Shown in pieces: positions 9,161 through 17,582 of a DNA stretch of 45,566 bases. Under the pieces are notes generated by a model. That model searched no databases. It saw nothing but the letters and a program-made list of their open reading frames with translations, and had not been told where the DNA came from. Made by a program: the position numbers and the translations under genes. Position 1 is the first letter of the stretch. Each line of letters starts with the position of its first letter. The DNA comes from Escherichia phage vB_EcoS_XY1: the sequence record NC_073325.1; one strand, given 5' to 3'.

Positions 9161-9197
9161 CTTGCACACCCCAACATAATAGGATACTATTCACTTA
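9161..9197. promoter_or_regulatory. 37-bp bidirectional promoter/operator element (inverted copy of 30192-30228)
   Basis: Plus orientation TTGCAC-N17-TACTAT; minus orientation TTGGTG-N16-TATTAT; contains the palindrome AATAG-N4-CTATT; 36 of 37 nt identical to the reverse complement of 30192-30228. Confidence 0.5.
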
Positions 9198-9231
9198 CAC
9201 CAACAATGTTAACTCAAACAGGAGCTACCCC

Positions 9232-9423
9232 ATGACAGGTATTACTATGTTCTTCTTAATCATTATCGTTTTAGTTTATTTTATCCCATTTCTCGTGGCG
9301 CATATGCGCAACCATAAAGCTAAATTAGCGATATTCATGGCTAATCTGTTTCTCGGTTGGGTTCTGCTGCCGTGGGTATTTATTTTAATCTGGGCGTGCA
9401 ACTCGAATGTCAAAGAGAAGTGA
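9232..9423 (+). CDS. Small membrane protein, superinfection-immunity (Imm) -like
   Basis: 63 aa with two hydrophobic helices; NLFLGW..W...IWA-type motif as in the Imm_superinfect family; AGGAG SD. Confidence 0.45.
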   Translation: MTGITMFFLIIIVLVYFIPFLVAHMRNHKAKLAIFMANLFLGWVLLPWVFILIWACNSNVKEK

Positions 9424-9461
9424 GCTAGTATAGGACAAATCCTAAACACGAGGAAGTAAGC

Positions 9462-10616
9462 ATGGCCCAGAAGAAAATAACCGACGAACAGTTACAGGAA
9501 GAATTGAACGCCGGGATGAAGATTATTGATATCGCCCGTAAATACGGCATCTCAGACCGCGTTATTCGTATCCGTAAAGCGAAGCTGGCTAAGAAAGGTG
9601 TAGGCCACGGGCGTGACGTTAGTCACCTTGTACCGGACGGCTACAAGATTAAAGGAACGTCGTCTCTGGTTGATGAGTTAGGCAACACTAAACTGCAATG
9701 GGTTAAGACCGACACCGATGCGGAACGTCAGGTCGAGTTAATGAAAGCCGTTGTGGACGAGATGAAAAAAGATTTACCCAAGTATAAGCCAGTCACTTTG
9801 GCCAAAAATGGGACAGATGACGACTTATTAAATCTTTACACAATAACAGACCATCACATAGGGATGTTGGCGTGTCAAGAAGAAGGCGGGGATGATTACG
9901 ACACCACAATCGCGGAATCTCTCGCGGTTGACTGGTTCAACAGTGCGGTTTGTATGAGTCCACAGAGTGGTGAATGTATCATTAACTTCTTAGGGGACCA
10001 AATGCACTACGACGGCATGAAGGCAATGACCCCTATGAGCGGTCATATTCTTTCAGCGGATAGTCGCCTGTTTAAAATGATACGCACGGCCATTAAGGTT
10101 ATCAAGCTGGCTGTCTCACTGTGCTTGCGAAAACACAAGAAGGTTAAACTTCTTATCTGTGAAGGTAACCACGACCTTAGTTCTTCTCTGTGGCTCCGGG
10201 AGATGTTCTACGAGGTATACACAAATGAGCCTCGCGTCGAGGTTAACCGGGAGGTGTCACCGTATTATGCGTACAAGTTCGGGGATTGTATGATTTCAGC
10301 ACATCACGGGCATTGTTCTAACTTTGCTAAGGTAGAGCAGGCTATAATCGGTAAGTACCGGGAGATGTACGGGCGGTGTAAGTTCACATATGTCCATACG
10401 GGGCACCTCCATCACAGGGCGGTTAAAGAGACTAATCTGCTAATTGTTGAGCAACACCAGACATTAGCGGCTAAAGATGAGTATTCTAGTAAGGGCGGCT
10501 ATTATTCAGGTAGAAGCGCAAATGTGATTACATACCACAAACGTTACGGGGAGGTGTCCCGCATAAGTATACCTGTCGAAATGCTGCGAGACATAAACCC
10601 AAAATCGACATACTAA
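9462..10616 (+). CDS. HTH domain fused to a calcineurin-like metallophosphoesterase
   Basis: N-terminal HTH (IIDIARKYGISDRVIR); metallophosphoesterase-like motifs TDHHIG, LGDQMHYDG, EGNHD, HHGH, TGHLHH. Confidence 0.45.
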   Translation: MAQKKITDEQLQEELNAGMKIIDIARKYGISDRVIRIRKAKLAKKGVGHGRDVSHLVPDGYKIKGTSSLVDELGNTKLQWVKTDTDAERQVELMKAVVDEMKKDLPKYKPVTLAKNGTDDDLLNLYTITDHHIGMLACQEEGGDDYDTTIAESLAVDWFNSAVCMSPQSGECIINFLGDQMHYDGMKAMTPMSGHILSADSRLFKMIRTAIKVIKLAVSLCLRKHKKVKLLICEGNHDLSSSLWLREMFYEVYTNEPRVEVNREVSPYYAYKFGDCMISAHHGHCSNFAKVEQAIIGKYREMYGRCKFTYVHTGHLHHRAVKETNLLIVEQHQTLAAKDEYSSKGGYYSGRSANVITYHKRYGEVSRISIPVEMLRDINPKSTY

Positions 10617-10631
10617 AATATAGGTGAAAGT

Positions 10632-11195
10632 ATGGATTGGAGTGAGGTTTTTAGCTACAAAAATGGCGTCCTATACTGGAAAGTCAAATCATGTCGCCGT
10701 AACGATGTGAATACAGGTGATGTGGCCGGGAGTTTGTGTAAAAACGGCTATTGGTATGTCATGTTTGGTAACCGTAAGTTTAAAAGGTCGAGGGTGGTGT
10801 ATGAGATGTTCAGTACGCTGTATGACAATGAGCCGCGTGTGTTCGTCGATACGTCACCGGATGTTTACAAGATGGTGCAACACGGCAAAACGACGCTGTT
10901 CTTCCATCACGGGCATAAAGCACGATTCGACGCTATCGAACCGGTTATGATTGCCAAGTTTCGTAAAGCGTTCGGCGAGAGTGTTTACAGCTACGCCCAC
11001 GTAGGCCACCTGCACCATCAGAAGATTGTAGAAAGCCGTAACATGATTGTTGAGCAACACCGCACCTTAGCGGCTAAAGATGCCTACGCCTCCCGCGGCG
11101 GTTGGATGTCGGGCCGTAGTGCAAATGTAATTACTTATAGCGCCGAATATGGCGAGGTCGCACGTTTAACTATTTCACCGGAGATGCTTGGATGA
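10632..11195 (+). CDS. Chimeric paralog: homing-endonuclease-type N-terminal DNA-binding region fused to a duplicate of the C-terminal ~100 aa of 9462-10616
   Basis: N-terminus NGVLYWKV...GDVAGS...NGYWYV...RSRVVY follows the pattern that precedes the catalytic motif in phage HNH endonucleases; C-terminus HHGH...HVGHLHH...IVEQHRTLAAKD...GRSANVITY is clearly homologous to the end of the upstream gene. Confidence 0.4.
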   Translation: MDWSEVFSYKNGVLYWKVKSCRRNDVNTGDVAGSLCKNGYWYVMFGNRKFKRSRVVYEMFSTLYDNEPRVFVDTSPDVYKMVQHGKTTLFFHHGHKARFDAIEPVMIAKFRKAFGESVYSYAHVGHLHHQKIVESRNMIVEQHRTLAAKDAYASRGGWMSGRSANVITYSAEYGEVARLTISPEMLG

Positions 11196-11680
11196 AAGAT
11201 ATTGTGATTTTCGATTTAGACGGGACATTGGCCGATGGTACTCATCGTTTACATCTGCTGCCGAAAGATAACTACGGCGAAACCTGGGCGTGGAAGCCTT
11301 TTAACATGGCCTGTAAAGATGATGCGCCGATATATGACAACATTCACTTGTGCAACACACTGTGGCATACCGGGATGACCATAATCATCCTTACCGGGCG
11401 CAGTGATGATGCTGAGGATGAGACCCGTAAATGGTTGCGAGAAAATAACGTTAAGTTTGACACGCTGATAATGCGCAGCAAACACGACAACAGAAAAGAC
11501 ATCGCAATTAAAGAAGAGGTGTTGCGTGCTATCGGGCTGGAGAGAATCTTGTGTGCGTTCGACGACTCTCCAGCGGTAATAAAGCATTTCCGTAACCTCG
11601 GCATAACCACTCACGCAGTTACCGAATACGACTGTAACGGGAACTCTACACACTTAAAATCACACGGGAGTGATAAATAA
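11192..11680 (+). CDS. HAD-superfamily phosphatase (nucleotidase or polynucleotide 3'-phosphatase-like)
   Basis: Motif I FDLDGTL, motif II ILTGR, downstream Lys and FDD motifs; ATGA start/stop overlap with upstream gene. Confidence 0.6.
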   Translation: MKDIVIFDLDGTLADGTHRLHLLPKDNYGETWAWKPFNMACKDDAPIYDNIHLCNTLWHTGMTIIILTGRSDDAEDETRKWLRENNVKFDTLIMRSKHDNRKDIAIKEEVLRAIGLERILCAFDDSPAVIKHFRNLGITTHAVTEYDCNGNSTHLKSHGSDK

Positions 11681-12249
11681 TGGCTAAGGTAATTATTCTT
11701 AATGGTCCTGCTGGTTGCGGGAAAGACACACTTGCTATGGCGCTGGTAGAAATGGGCTTTGCAAAAGGGACTACCAGTTTCAAGAATCCAATGTTCAATA
11801 TTGCGCTGGCGGCGTTAGGCCAGGATGCCTACCACGAGTTTCTCGACGGCTACGACGACCGTGCCCGGAAAGAAAAGCCAGAGGGTTTCCTTAATGGGTT
11901 GTCTCGGCGTCAGTTCATGATCGCCATTTCTGAGCAATTCATTAAACCAGTACTTGGTAGTGATTATTTCGGTAAGTATCTCGCTGAAAACTTGCCTGAC
12001 GGCGACGAAGTTTTTGTAGTGTCCGACGGTGGATTCGCCAGTGAAGTTGCCCCTATCGTCGCCGCAGGGCATGACGTGCGAATCGTCCGCCTCCATCGTG
12101 ACGGCTATACGTTCATCGGCGATAGCCGTGGCTATCTGTATGATATCGATGGTGCGGTATGTCATGACGTCGACGTCATTCCGGGCGAGATTACATTAAC
12201 AGCGGCCGCGATTGCTAATAGAATCCTGGGGATTTACCCAAATGCGTGA
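11680..12249 (+). CDS. P-loop kinase (dNMP kinase or polynucleotide kinase-like)
   Basis: Walker A GPAGCGKDT near the N-terminus, resembling phage dNMP kinase; start immediately after the HAD gene stop. Confidence 0.5.
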   Translation: MAKVIILNGPAGCGKDTLAMALVEMGFAKGTTSFKNPMFNIALAALGQDAYHEFLDGYDDRARKEKPEGFLNGLSRRQFMIAISEQFIKPVLGSDYFGKYLAENLPDGDEVFVVSDGGFASEVAPIVAAGHDVRIVRLHRDGYTFIGDSRGYLYDIDGAVCHDVDVIPGEITLTAAAIANRILGIYPNA

Positions 12250-12418
12250 ATGCACAACGGGGACAATATACGTTATCCGTGTATACGACGAAGAATGGGA
12301 CGAGTGGGTTGATATTTATGCCGTCGGTAGTAAGGAAGAGGCCTCTAAAGAAATGACAGAACGAAGTGACCGAGGCCAGTTAACTAACTTCTACGAAATG
12401 CCATTCAAAAGTGAGTAA
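12242..12418 (+). CDS. Hypothetical small acidic protein
   Basis: ATG at 12242 overlapping the upstream stop (track ORF 12212-12418 trimmed to the ATG). Confidence 0.3.
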   Translation: MRECTTGTIYVIRVYDEEWDEWVDIYAVGSKEEASKEMTERSDRGQLTNFYEMPFKSE

Positions 12419-12419
12419 G

Positions 12420-12448
12420 AAAAGGCCCCGAAAGGGGCCTTAGTTTTA
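12420..12448. terminator. Bidirectional rho-independent terminator (identical copy at 42857-42885)
   Basis: AAAAGGCCCCGAAAGGGGCCTTAGTTTTA: GC stem with A/T runs on both sides, between convergent gene ends. Confidence 0.7.
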
Positions 12449-13618
12449 TGCGTAACTAATACGTTGAATTACGATAGACGACTGGTACTGGTTGCCTGTG
12501 GACTGTCCTTCTATACTTTGGGTAATTGATTCCGGGCCAGATATTTCTGGTGTAACAGCCGTAAGTTCTGCACGTTTCAAACTGAAAGACATAGCCCCGT
12601 TTACCCCCGCCAGAATAGAGTTAATCTCTACCTGCTGTTCATTGATGAACTTCTGAATCATCGCCATGTCGTACAGCTTACCGGAGATGGAGAAGGTGTT
12701 AGCGGCGCGGCTACGTTCCACAAACGCTACGTTAGTGTTGCCAAGTTCGAACTGTGCGGATGCGCTGTTATCGTTGGTGATTGTCAGGCTATCACAACGC
12801 AACGGCATAGAACCATCGAACACAGAAACGTCAACCGAAGAGAACGGCTCGTCACCAAACGTGACAGAGGAGAAATCAGAACCCGTCGGCGGCGTGGTGA
12901 GAATCTCCTGGCTGCGCCCGATGAACGGGAAACTGCCAGTTACCATCGCATTAACGGCCTGCTCGACAGTGAAACCGGAAACTTCCACACCTTTAGTCAG
13001 CGTGTACGCGTCAGCCCCGCCACACTGCCCTTTGTACCACGTGAGAATAGAGAACGTCTTGCACTGGCTTCCTGTTTCCAGTTTGTCGCCAGTCTTAGCG
13101 GCGGTAGTTACGGTCTCAGTGGTCAGAGTATGTTGGATACCAGCACCTGTAACAACAGATGCGCTTACCTCGGTTACGATAAACGGTTTGGCGTTATCAC
13201 CTGTTAAGTCGGTAAACGCAATCAGGTCGCCCACTTCAACGCCGTCGGTAATAAAGCTGCCATCAGCACGGGTGAACGTCTTGCCCGCCGGTGCGACGGT
13301 AATCGACAGCCCGGACAGAGAAACACCGGATTGCCACGTAGAACCTAAAGCCCCAGCCAGCCAGTCGTCCTGGCTTTTCGAACTAAGCTCAATAGCGTAT
13401 TCCCCGCTAACCTGCTTGTTACCGGTGCGGATGGACGTAGTTTCACGACTGCCGTCCAGTTCGTTGGATGTCAGTGTGTCACGGGTAATGGCGGGAACAC
13501 CGCCCGTGTTACGTAATGGTGACCATACCGGGTTAGTCGGTGTTACGCCCGGGGTCACTTCCGCCACATAGAATTGCGCGGTATTCGCGCCCTTAAAAGG
13601 AGTTGTAGCCATATTCAC
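12446..13618 (-). CDS. Major tail protein (tail tube), putative
   Basis: 390 aa, Thr/Ser/Gly-rich; last structural gene before the chaperones (separated by the plus-strand cassette); ends in a strong terminator. Confidence 0.45.
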   Translation of the reverse strand: MNMATTPFKGANTAQFYVAEVTPGVTPTNPVWSPLRNTGGVPAITRDTLTSNELDGSRETTSIRTGNKQVSGEYAIELSSKSQDDWLAGALGSTWQSGVSLSGLSITVAPAGKTFTRADGSFITDGVEVGDLIAFTDLTGDNAKPFIVTEVSASVVTGAGIQHTLTTETVTTAAKTGDKLETGSQCKTFSILTWYKGQCGGADAYTLTKGVEVSGFTVEQAVNAMVTGSFPFIGRSQEILTTPPTGSDFSSVTFGDEPFSSVDVSVFDGSMPLRCDSLTITNDNSASAQFELGNTNVAFVERSRAANTFSISGKLYDMAMIQKFINEQQVEINSILAGVNGAMSFSLKRAELTAVTPEISGPESITQSIEGQSTGNQYQSSIVIQRISYA

Positions 13619-14028
13619 AGCCTCTTGGTGAATGCAATAAAGTTAATTGACAATGGTCGTTTGGCCCATCCGTTTTCTACAATCAGCGGCCCCAGGCTAA
13701 CCGATTGAACCTCGGCGCAGATGTCGTTACGCGAAAATGACTTACCTGCTTTAAACGCCGTGTTAAGTAAGTCTGCCATTTTATTGATTGGCGCGCTACC
13801 TTTCACCGATGCGTAGTTAATGTTGACCTGATAAACACCTGAGCGTTGTTCCGTGAAGAACAAATCTGCTTGCTCCGTATCCACCAGCAACATGTAACTT
13901 GCCAGATACGGCGTATCGGTTGACGTCGGCGCGTCTATGTTTTCAAGCGCGACCTTGATGCCGTTTGTGGTTCCGAAGGCTACCAGCGGCACGTCAAACG
14001 CTTTTGTTAAGTCCTCAAAGTAGCCCAT
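13615..14028 (-). CDS. Tail completion / tail terminator protein, putative
   Basis: 137 aa immediately upstream of the major tail gene with overlapping stop/start. Confidence 0.4.
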   Translation of the reverse strand: MGYFEDLTKAFDVPLVAFGTTNGIKVALENIDAPTSTDTPYLASYMLLVDTEQADLFFTEQRSGVYQVNINYASVKGSAPINKMADLLNTAFKAGKSFSRNDICAEVQSVSLGPLIVENGWAKRPLSINFIAFTKRL

Positions 14029-14423
14029 TATTTCACCTTGTTGGCTTCTTCGTTAATGAGTCGCTGGAAGCGAGACACGTTAGTCCTGACCATACCTTGT
14101 GGCGCCTGTTGCGACCAACCGTACTCCAGCCGTTGGGCATACGGCAGATTATTAGTAAGCGTAAACTCGTGCCAGTCTGCGGCTTTCAGTACGAAACTTG
14201 TAGCGTTTCCGATTGCTATGTTTCCTGATTTATCTGTAGCATCCGCAACCCCTGAAGCAGGAGTACCGCCAGACGCCATCCAGTTCATACGAAAGCGACC
14301 AGTATCTACCGGACTCTCCTTTATGATAGCGGAAAACAGCTTAATAGACACCTGGCGCATCACCTTCTCAGGGTTCTTCTTCGCCTTTTCCACGAACTTA
14401 GAGACGTCAAGCGCGAAACTCAT
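14028..14423 (-). CDS. Head-tail joining protein, HK97 gp10-like
   Basis: PVDTGRFRMNW motif characteristic of the gp10-like neck protein family. Confidence 0.5.
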   Translation of the reverse strand: MSFALDVSKFVEKAKKNPEKVMRQVSIKLFSAIIKESPVDTGRFRMNWMASGGTPASGVADATDKSGNIAIGNATSFVLKAADWHEFTLTNNLPYAQRLEYGWSQQAPQGMVRTNVSRFQRLINEEANKVK

Positions 14424-14779
14424 TTTCTCACCTGAATAAAGTAGGCCACGACATCATCGTTAACCATCTTCTTCTCGATAGCTACGACCGACCATTGCTC
14501 GCCGCCGAATTGCACCTTGTCTTCCATCTTCGGAACGACGCTGCAATCCGCTTTAACAATCATGTCGCCAGCCTGAATCGTCGTACCGTTCACCAGTCCG
14601 GCATTAACCGGAACAGGAACGGCCTTCAATGGCCGCACTTCATCCGCAGACCAGACGTACTCACCGAGAACTTCATCCCACACTTTCGAGCCAGCGCGAA
14701 TCAGAGATACCGTGCTACCGAATTTGGTTAGAAGGCGTGTACCAACGCCTTGCATACGTTTACTGAAAGCGGTGCTCAT
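14420..14779 (-). CDS. Head closure / head-tail adaptor protein, putative
   Basis: Track ORF 14420-14833 trimmed to the internal Met that gives an ATGA overlap with the upstream gene. Confidence 0.4.
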   Translation of the reverse strand: MSTAFSKRMQGVGTRLLTKFGSTVSLIRAGSKVWDEVLGEYVWSADEVRPLKAVPVPVNAGLVNGTTIQAGDMIVKADCSVVPKMEDKVQFGGEQWSVVAIEKKMVNDDVVAYFIQVRK

Positions 14780-15393
14780 TACGCTGCCTCCAGTCTCGAG
14801 ATAACCAGTAATGCGGATGGTGCTGTACCCCATGCGGTTACAGTAGCCTGTTGCGGGTATACGCCACCGTAGTTGCTCCCGGCGCTATCTCGCATAATCT
14901 GAACAGCAAACGTCTGGCCTGCGGCGGGGTTAATAACGACGCGAGATTCAATCGGGATTGTGGTGTCTGCGCTTACCAGTTTCGTGGCGGCGGGCGAGCC
15001 GTACTGAGCGCCGTTTACTAAAATACGTGATAGAAGGATGGATGTCCCACTAGCGCCAGTACGCCCCGCCTGTAACTTGATGCGAACGGCGTAGTTACCC
15101 GCGGTGTTGAATGTAACAAGCCCCGCGGCATTAATCATTACCGGGTTAGACGCGCTTCCCTGGGCAGCACCGAAAGTTATTTGCAATGCTGTACCCACTG
15201 CGGATGGTGCTTGTGCTACTGTCGACGCGGCACGGAGAACTTCAACCTCTTTAACCCCCGGAGTGGCATAGATAGGCGAGTCGGCCATCTGTGTCATTAC
15301 CTCGCGCAACGCTGCGGGGGTAATAAGCCCAGTGGTATTATCGGGGAGATTTGCGCCGATAAGAGTAAACATCTCTGATTTAGTCTTAGCCAT
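14779..15393 (-). CDS. Virion structural protein, unknown role
   Basis: 204 aa, Ala/Thr/Gly-rich, within the head-tail gene series. Confidence 0.35.
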   Translation of the reverse strand: MAKTKSEMFTLIGANLPDNTTGLITPAALREVMTQMADSPIYATPGVKEVEVLRAASTVAQAPSAVGTALQITFGAAQGSASNPVMINAAGLVTFNTAGNYAVRIKLQAGRTGASGTSILLSRILVNGAQYGSPAATKLVSADTTIPIESRVVINPAAGQTFAVQIMRDSAGSNYGGVYPQQATVTAWGTAPSALLVISRLEAA

Positions 15394-15395
15394 TT

Positions 15396-15908
15396 TTAAC
15401 CCCGGTACACATTAAATGAGAAGCCGTTGTTAAGACCGCCGCACAGTAACGGACGTAGGGCGTCGTCCGCAGCTGTTATCGCGGTTGTAGCGCCACTGCT
15501 GCCGTTGTTGAAGTAGGTCACTGTCACCGCGCCCTCGACACGCTCTGTCTGCACGGAGCGACCATCTGAGTTAGCCCGCACTTCCGTACCTGCGCCATAT
15601 GTAACCGCAGCGATTACCTGCGCAAGAATCACCTGTTTCGGGATGGCATTGTTCGATACAGGGAACCCGTTCAATGTTACGCCGGTGCGTGGGTACGCAA
15701 GAGACTGTTCAGCGGATACGCGACGACCGCACATCTGCGGCTCTGCAAGCCCGACATAAGTAGCGCCGTTGCGCAAGGCCACCTCTGCGGCGGTGTCGTC
15801 TTCTGGCAACTCCAGACCATAATTAGCCGCTAACGCGCGGGCGTCAGCCAGACTAATGTAGCTATCGGCATTCGGGACGACTTCACCCGTTTCCACGATT
15901 AGCGGCAT
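15396..15908 (-). CDS. Head-tail connector protein (gp6-like), putative
   Basis: 170 aa; N-terminal YISLADARALAANYG resembles gp6-like connector proteins; position after the capsid genes. Confidence 0.4.
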   Translation of the reverse strand: MPLIVETGEVVPNADSYISLADARALAANYGLELPEDDTAAEVALRNGATYVGLAEPQMCGRRVSAEQSLAYPRTGVTLNGFPVSNNAIPKQVILAQVIAAVTYGAGTEVRANSDGRSVQTERVEGAVTVTYFNNGSSGATTAITAADDALRPLLCGGLNNGFSFNVYRG

Positions 15909-15911
15909 AAA

Positions 15912-16091
15912 TTATTCCTCTGACTTACGGCGACGACGCTTAGCACCACCGCCGTTGTTGTGCGCTTCTTCGTTGTCCGGTTGGGTTGCAACCAGTTCAT
16001 CCGCTTCTACAACACCGCGAACGGGCATCACCTGACCGTCAACAATATCAACGTGGGTATATTTTTCGCGGATTACATAATTATCTGCCAT
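15912..16091 (-). CDS. Small protein with basic C-terminus (unannotated in the ORF track)
   Basis: 60-codon ORF MADNYVIREKYTHVDIVDG...AKRRRRKSEE with AAGGAAAGG SD; stop 3 nt before the next start. Confidence 0.3.
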   Translation of the reverse strand: MADNYVIREKYTHVDIVDGQVMPVRGVVEADELVATQPDNEEAHNNGGGAKRRRRKSEE

Positions 16092-16127
16092 GACCTTTCC
16101 TTATTACGGCCCCGAAGGGCCGTTGTA

Positions 16128-16469
16128 TTAAGACACAGTTGCTACAGTGCTGCTGGAGATAATATTACCATACACATCGTGAACAACCACTTTATACGTA
16201 CCAGAATCAGCGGTAGTGGTTGACGCTTTAGCGTAGGTAGCCGCGTTAGCCCCGGCGATAGCGTTGTTATTCTTATACCACTGGTAAGAATACGGCTCCA
16301 GACCGCCAGCTACGGTTACGGTCAGCGTCATAGTTTCACCTGTGGTCACTGCGGTAGTAGCCGCCAGCGCGGAAGAGAAAGACGCAGGAGAAATAGTCGC
16401 CATGTCAATCTTAGCGCCCGGGGCGTCAGCGGAGACGCCGGTGATGCGTCGTTTCAATACGTCTGCCAT
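16128..16469 (-). CDS. Ig-like domain protein (probable capsid decoration protein)
   Basis: 113 aa immediately downstream of the major capsid gene; beta-rich with YQWYKNN and TYKVVVHDVYGN motifs typical of Ig-like domains. Confidence 0.5.
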   Translation of the reverse strand: MADVLKRRITGVSADAPGAKIDMATISPASFSSALAATTAVTTGETMTLTVTVAGGLEPYSYQWYKNNNAIAGANAATYAKASTTTADSGTYKVVVHDVYGNIISSSTVATVS

Positions 16470-16487
16470 TGAGGAATCCTCTTAGTA

Positions 16488-16513
16488 AATGAAAAGAGGG
16501 ACCGAAGTCCCTC
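16488..16513 (-). terminator. Attenuating terminator just downstream of the major capsid gene
   Basis: GAGGGAC-loop-GTCCCTC hairpin followed by a T-run on the minus strand. Confidence 0.55.
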
Positions 16514-16530
16514 TCGATTATAGCTTAACC

Positions 16531-17580
16531 TTAAGCCCCGACACCAGTTACCAGGAAGGCAATCGGTACATGCTTACGGTCAACCACACGGTTCCAGTTG
16601 GAGGCGTTCGCCAGGTCCTGCCATGAAGCAGAGCGGGCGATAGTCTCGGTGCCGTTGCCAGTGATTACCGCGCTGGTGAAGCTGTAACCCAGCGGGTGCA
16701 TCAACCAGGTCTTACGGGTCCACAGGGTTTCTACGCCGCCGCCGTTACCACGAGACGCTTCATACTCGTAGTGCAGTGGTTTGACCGGATTGCCTTCACC
16801 GTAACCGATAGCGCCGTTGCCGAAGATGATGGAGATGAACTTACGGGTCGGGCCAGTACCAACTACAGTCATGCTGTCGTCAACAATCACGCGGTAGCCC
16901 TGGTAGGTGGCAAACATGGTGTCGTTGTCAGCGTCTTTGATGAAGTCAATAAGCTGCTGCTTACGGGCCTGCGCATATACGAAGCTGTGCATCGCGATAG
17001 CACCCAGCACGTCACCGCCGTTACCCATCAGCGCATCACCCATAGTCTGGGTAGCGTCGATGAACGCGCCCGCGTCGAAGCCCAGAGTAGAGGACACGTC
17101 GATTACCATGTCGTTCTGCTTGTGGTATGCGTCGGTAGCGGCTACGTTGTCATTGTACAGACCGAGCGCGGTAGCAATAAGACGGCGTTGTGCCTGGCGC
17201 TGCCAGAAGTTATCCAGGCGAGAAGCCACAGATTGCAGCGGGTTCTGGCTGGTCAGTTCGACAGTCAGGTCCGCCTGACCGAAACCTTCGTTCAGGTATG
17301 CAACGCGGGCCATCATCTCACCGGTCTGCACGTTACGCGGGGTGGCGATGTCCTGGTATACGTCGTTCGAGTAGTTAGGCTCGATAGAGGTATCAATCGC
17401 TTTCCAGAAAGGAATGTTAGCGACGTTGGACGGGCCGCGAGCAATCTCGGCAGCGTACGGAGTCGGGGTCAAAATACCTGACTGAAAGAACGCGGTTTTT
17501 TCTACCGGGTCCTCGGTCATATAAGACGCCAGGACCGGGATGTTGCCAGTTACGATATCGCCGATAGTGGTAATTGCCAT
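16531..17580 (-). CDS. Major capsid protein (HK97 type)
   Basis: 349 aa downstream of the scaffold gene, followed by a terminator; composition and length typical of HK97-type capsid proteins. Confidence 0.8.
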   Translation of the reverse strand: MAITTIGDIVTGNIPVLASYMTEDPVEKTAFFQSGILTPTPYAAEIARGPSNVANIPFWKAIDTSIEPNYSNDVYQDIATPRNVQTGEMMARVAYLNEGFGQADLTVELTSQNPLQSVASRLDNFWQRQAQRRLIATALGLYNDNVAATDAYHKQNDMVIDVSSTLGFDAGAFIDATQTMGDALMGNGGDVLGAIAMHSFVYAQARKQQLIDFIKDADNDTMFATYQGYRVIVDDSMTVVGTGPTRKFISIIFGNGAIGYGEGNPVKPLHYEYEASRGNGGGVETLWTRKTWLMHPLGYSFTSAVITGNGTETIARSASWQDLANASNWNRVVDRKHVPIAFLVTGVGA

Positions 17581-17582
17581 TA

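Noticed and set aside
9462-10616. Calling the 384-aa protein a specific Ser/Thr protein phosphatase or an Mre11/SbcD nuclease
   Set aside because: Only generic metallophosphoesterase motifs are recognisable and the spacing of motifs I and II is atypical, so substrate specificity is left open.
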